From NCBI GenBank assembly GCA_044222065.1, contig JBGAOA010000034.1, positions 1 through 47,950 on the forward strand: a stretch of DNA of 47,950 nt. Direction: 5' to 3'. A program made the position numbers and the translations under genes. Source of the DNA: Candidatus Eiseniibacteriota bacterium. Its GTDB lineage: Bacteria; Eisenbacteria; RBG-16-71-46. Positions 45,670-47,950 of this stretch are shown piece by piece; the stretch's first letter is position 1; every line of letters starts with the position of its first letter. The notes under the pieces are model-generated. The model saw nothing but the letters and a program-made list of their open reading frames with translations. It did not search any database and was not told where the DNA came from.

Positions 45670-46355
45670 ATGAGGATCACGCGGACTCCGTGGATCGTGG
45701 CCGCGCTCGCGGCCATCGCGGTGTCGGGCACCGCGTCGCGCGCACGTGCCGAGGACGGACAGGCCGTTGCGGCGGCGCGCATCGCGCTGCAGCGCGAGTG
45801 CGTGGCGCGCGAGGCGTATCGCGCCTACGCCCTGCGGGCCGACGAGGAGTGCGTCGCGCCGGCGGCCGTGCTCTTCCGCGCGCTGGCCGCGGCCGAGGAC
45901 GTGCACGTGCGCAACCACGCCCGCGTACTCGAGGCGCTGGGTGCGACGCCCGCGTCCGAGCCCGTGCGCGTCGAGGCCGGCACTACCGCGGCGAACCTCC
46001 AGGCCGCGCTCGACGGCGAGATCTACGAGCGGCGGACCGCGTACGCAGGCTTCATCGCCTACGCGCGGCAGGAGTGCCTCTACGACGTGCTCGCGTCGTT
46101 CCGCTGGGCCCGCGATGCCGAAGCGACGCACGCGATCCGGCTCGCGCTCCTGCTCGCGCAGTTCGACGCCGGGCGCTTCGGGCCGCGCGCGTGGCCGTCG
46201 CGAGCGCCACGCCGCTCGAGGCGCACTACTACGTGTGCTCGGGCTGCGGCCGCGTGACCACCGAGCCGCCCGTGCGTCACTGCGCGTGCGGTACGCCGTC
46301 GGCGCAGTGCGCCGTCTTCACCGGCCCCGGCCTGCTCCCGCGCCGCCGCTGCTGA
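45670..46355 (+). CDS. Rubrerythrin-family protein with signal peptide; frameshift near 46195
   Basis: E..A...Y..YA..ADEE...A.LFRA.A.AEDVH, TTAANLQAALDGEIYE and AEATH diiron motifs. Rubredoxin-like YYVCSGCG...CACG in the next frame. Confidence 0.85.
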
Positions 46356-46528
46356 GCGTGAAGCCGTGAGCGAACCGCGATGCCGACGATGCGCACACCG
46401 GGCGGCGCACGACGCGCCGCCCTGGTTCGTTTCGGCGTCCGGTCCGGTCCACGTCGCGCCGCGTCCGTGACATACTGCGCGCCGCGCGCGGCGATGCCGG
46501 CCGCGCGAATGCTCCGGAGGAAGCACCC

Positions 46529-47335
46529 ATGGCCACCGATACGCCCGCGACGCAGCACCGCATTGCGGTGTTCATCGACTTCGAGAACATCGCCCTCGGC
46601 CTGCCCGAAGGCGGAGCGCCGCTCGACGTGCGCCGCATCCTCGACCGGCTGCTCGAGAAGGGGAAGATCGTCGTCAGGGTGGCCTACGCGGACTGGAGCC
46701 GGTTCCGTTCCTACACGCAGACCCTGCACGAGCACGGCATCGAGCTGATCGAGATCCCGCGGCGCGCGAGCACCGGCAAGAACTCCGCCGACATCCGGCT
46801 CGTGGTCGACGCGATGGACCTCGCCTGGAGCAAGGAGCACATCGACACGTTCGTGGTCGTCTCGGGCGACAGCGACTTCTCGCCGCTCGTGTCCAAGCTC
46901 AAGGAGAACGACAAGCACGTGATCGGCCTCGGCATGAAGGCGTCCACGTCGCCGCTGCTCGCCAACGGCTGCGACGAGTTCATCTACTACGAGGACCTCG
47001 TCCGCGGCACGACGCCACGCCCGGCGAAGGACGCGAAGGCACCGCGCGAGAAGGACGAGGCGTTCGCGCTGGTGGTCGAGACGGTGCGCGCGCTGCAGCG
47101 CGAGGGCTTCGACGTGATCCAGGCGTCGCTCGTGAAGGACACCATGAAGCGCAAGCGCCCCGCGTTCACCGAGGCGGCGCTGGGCTTCGGCTCGTTCAGC
47201 GACCTGCTCGAGGACGCGCGCGACGCCGGCGTCATCGATCTGCGCGAGGATGAGCGCAGCGGCACGTACGTCGTGACGCTCGCCGCGGCGCCGAAGCCCG
47301 CGCGTGGGCGGCGCGGCGGTGGGCGGCGGGGCTGA
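46529..47335 (+). CDS. NYN domain protein with C-terminal OST-HTH/LOTUS domain
   Basis: IAVFIDFENI, AYADW, GKNSADIRLVVDAM, VSGDSDFSPLV and CDEFIYY. C-terminal KDTMKRKRPAFTE..LGF.SFSDLLE. Confidence 0.93.
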   Translation: MATDTPATQHRIAVFIDFENIALGLPEGGAPLDVRRILDRLLEKGKIVVRVAYADWSRFRSYTQTLHEHGIELIEIPRRASTGKNSADIRLVVDAMDLAWSKEHIDTFVVVSGDSDFSPLVSKLKENDKHVIGLGMKASTSPLLANGCDEFIYYEDLVRGTTPRPAKDAKAPREKDEAFALVVETVRALQREGFDVIQASLVKDTMKRKRPAFTEAALGFGSFSDLLEDARDAGVIDLREDERSGTYVVTLAAAPKPARGRRGGGRRG

Positions 47336-47383
47336 GCGTCGCGCTCGGGTGTCCAGCCGAGCGCGTCAGAAGGAGGACGCCGG

Positions 47384-47950
47384 ATGTCATCCCAGACACG
47401 AGTGACCGTTGGACCGCTTTCGCTCCTGCTCGCCCTGGCAGTCCTCACGGGGACGTCGAATCCCGCGCGCGCCGCAGGGGTTGTCCCGGCGGCCCCCGAC
47501 GCCGACCAGTTGCTTCAGGTGCGCGTGCCGGCCCCATCCATGCGCGGCAATCGGCTCGGAACCCCGGATTCGTTGCCGATCGCCGTCTACCTGCCGCCTT
47601 CGTATGGCACGACAGCCCGTCGCTATCCGGTCGTCTATTTCCTGCCCGGCTTCGGCGATCGCGTGCGCGATTTCGTCTCGGGGCCGTACGGGATCTCGCT
47701 ACCCGATTCGATCGACCACCGCATCGCCCGCGGGTCGGTGCAGGAACTGATCGTGGTGGTGGTGAACGGGTTCAACACGTTCGGCGGGAGCTTCTACGCG
47801 AACTCCTCCGTGACGGGTCGCTGGGAGGACTGGGTCGCACGCGACGTCGTCGGTTGGACCGATGCCCATGTGCGCACCGTCGCTCGCCGCGAGGCGCGAG
47901 GCCTCGCGGGGCACTCGATGGGTGGTTCCGGTGCGCTGCGCATCGGCATG
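47384..47950 (+). CDS. Exported alpha/beta-hydrolase (putative esterase family), truncated by the window end
   Basis: AGGAGG then ATG 47384, signal peptide. VYLPPSY...RYPVVYFLPG, GGSFYANS and GHSMGG nucleophile elbow. Absent from the ORF track because it has no stop in the window. Confidence 0.9.
   Translation, partial: MSSQTRVTVGPLSLLLALAVLTGTSNPARAAGVVPAAPDADQLLQVRVPAPSMRGNRLGTPDSLPIAVYLPPSYGTTARRYPVVYFLPGFGDRVRDFVSGPYGISLPDSIDHRIARGSVQELIVVVVNGFNTFGGSFYANSSVTGRWEDWVARDVVGWTDAHVRTVARREARGLAGHSMGGSGALRIGM

Overview
Very GC-rich bacterial window with no RNA genes, CRISPR arrays or mobile elements that I can support. It opens with housekeeping genes (partial smc, ftsY, radC). Most of the rest encodes exported proteins. 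Seven of them end in a related ~75-90 aa FlgD-Ig/T9SS-CTD-like tail, which with the GC content suggests an FCB-related candidate phylum such as Eisenbacteria (inference). Three items stand out. (1) A tightly coupled operon at 22.6-29.0 kb encodes a diheme c4-like cytochrome, two OmcE-like tetraheme cytochromes flanking an NHL-repeat protein, a hexaheme c7-type lipoprotein and a probable beta-barrel porin. This is a candidate cytochrome-nanowire / porin-cytochrome electron-transfer system outside Geobacter. (2) Two independent ECF sigma + membrane anti-sigma + exported TPR-CHAT (caspase-like) protease modules sit beside secreted cargo genes, a candidate protease-triggered signalling system. One of the sigma factors appears to have a duplicated region-4 HTH. 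(3) A multiheme cytochrome carries the secretion-type C-terminal tail. Several genes are broken by single-base frameshifts (27.8-29.2, 37.4-39.6, 44.3-46.2 kb), most likely sequencing or assembly indels. All family assignments come from reading motifs, not from database searches.
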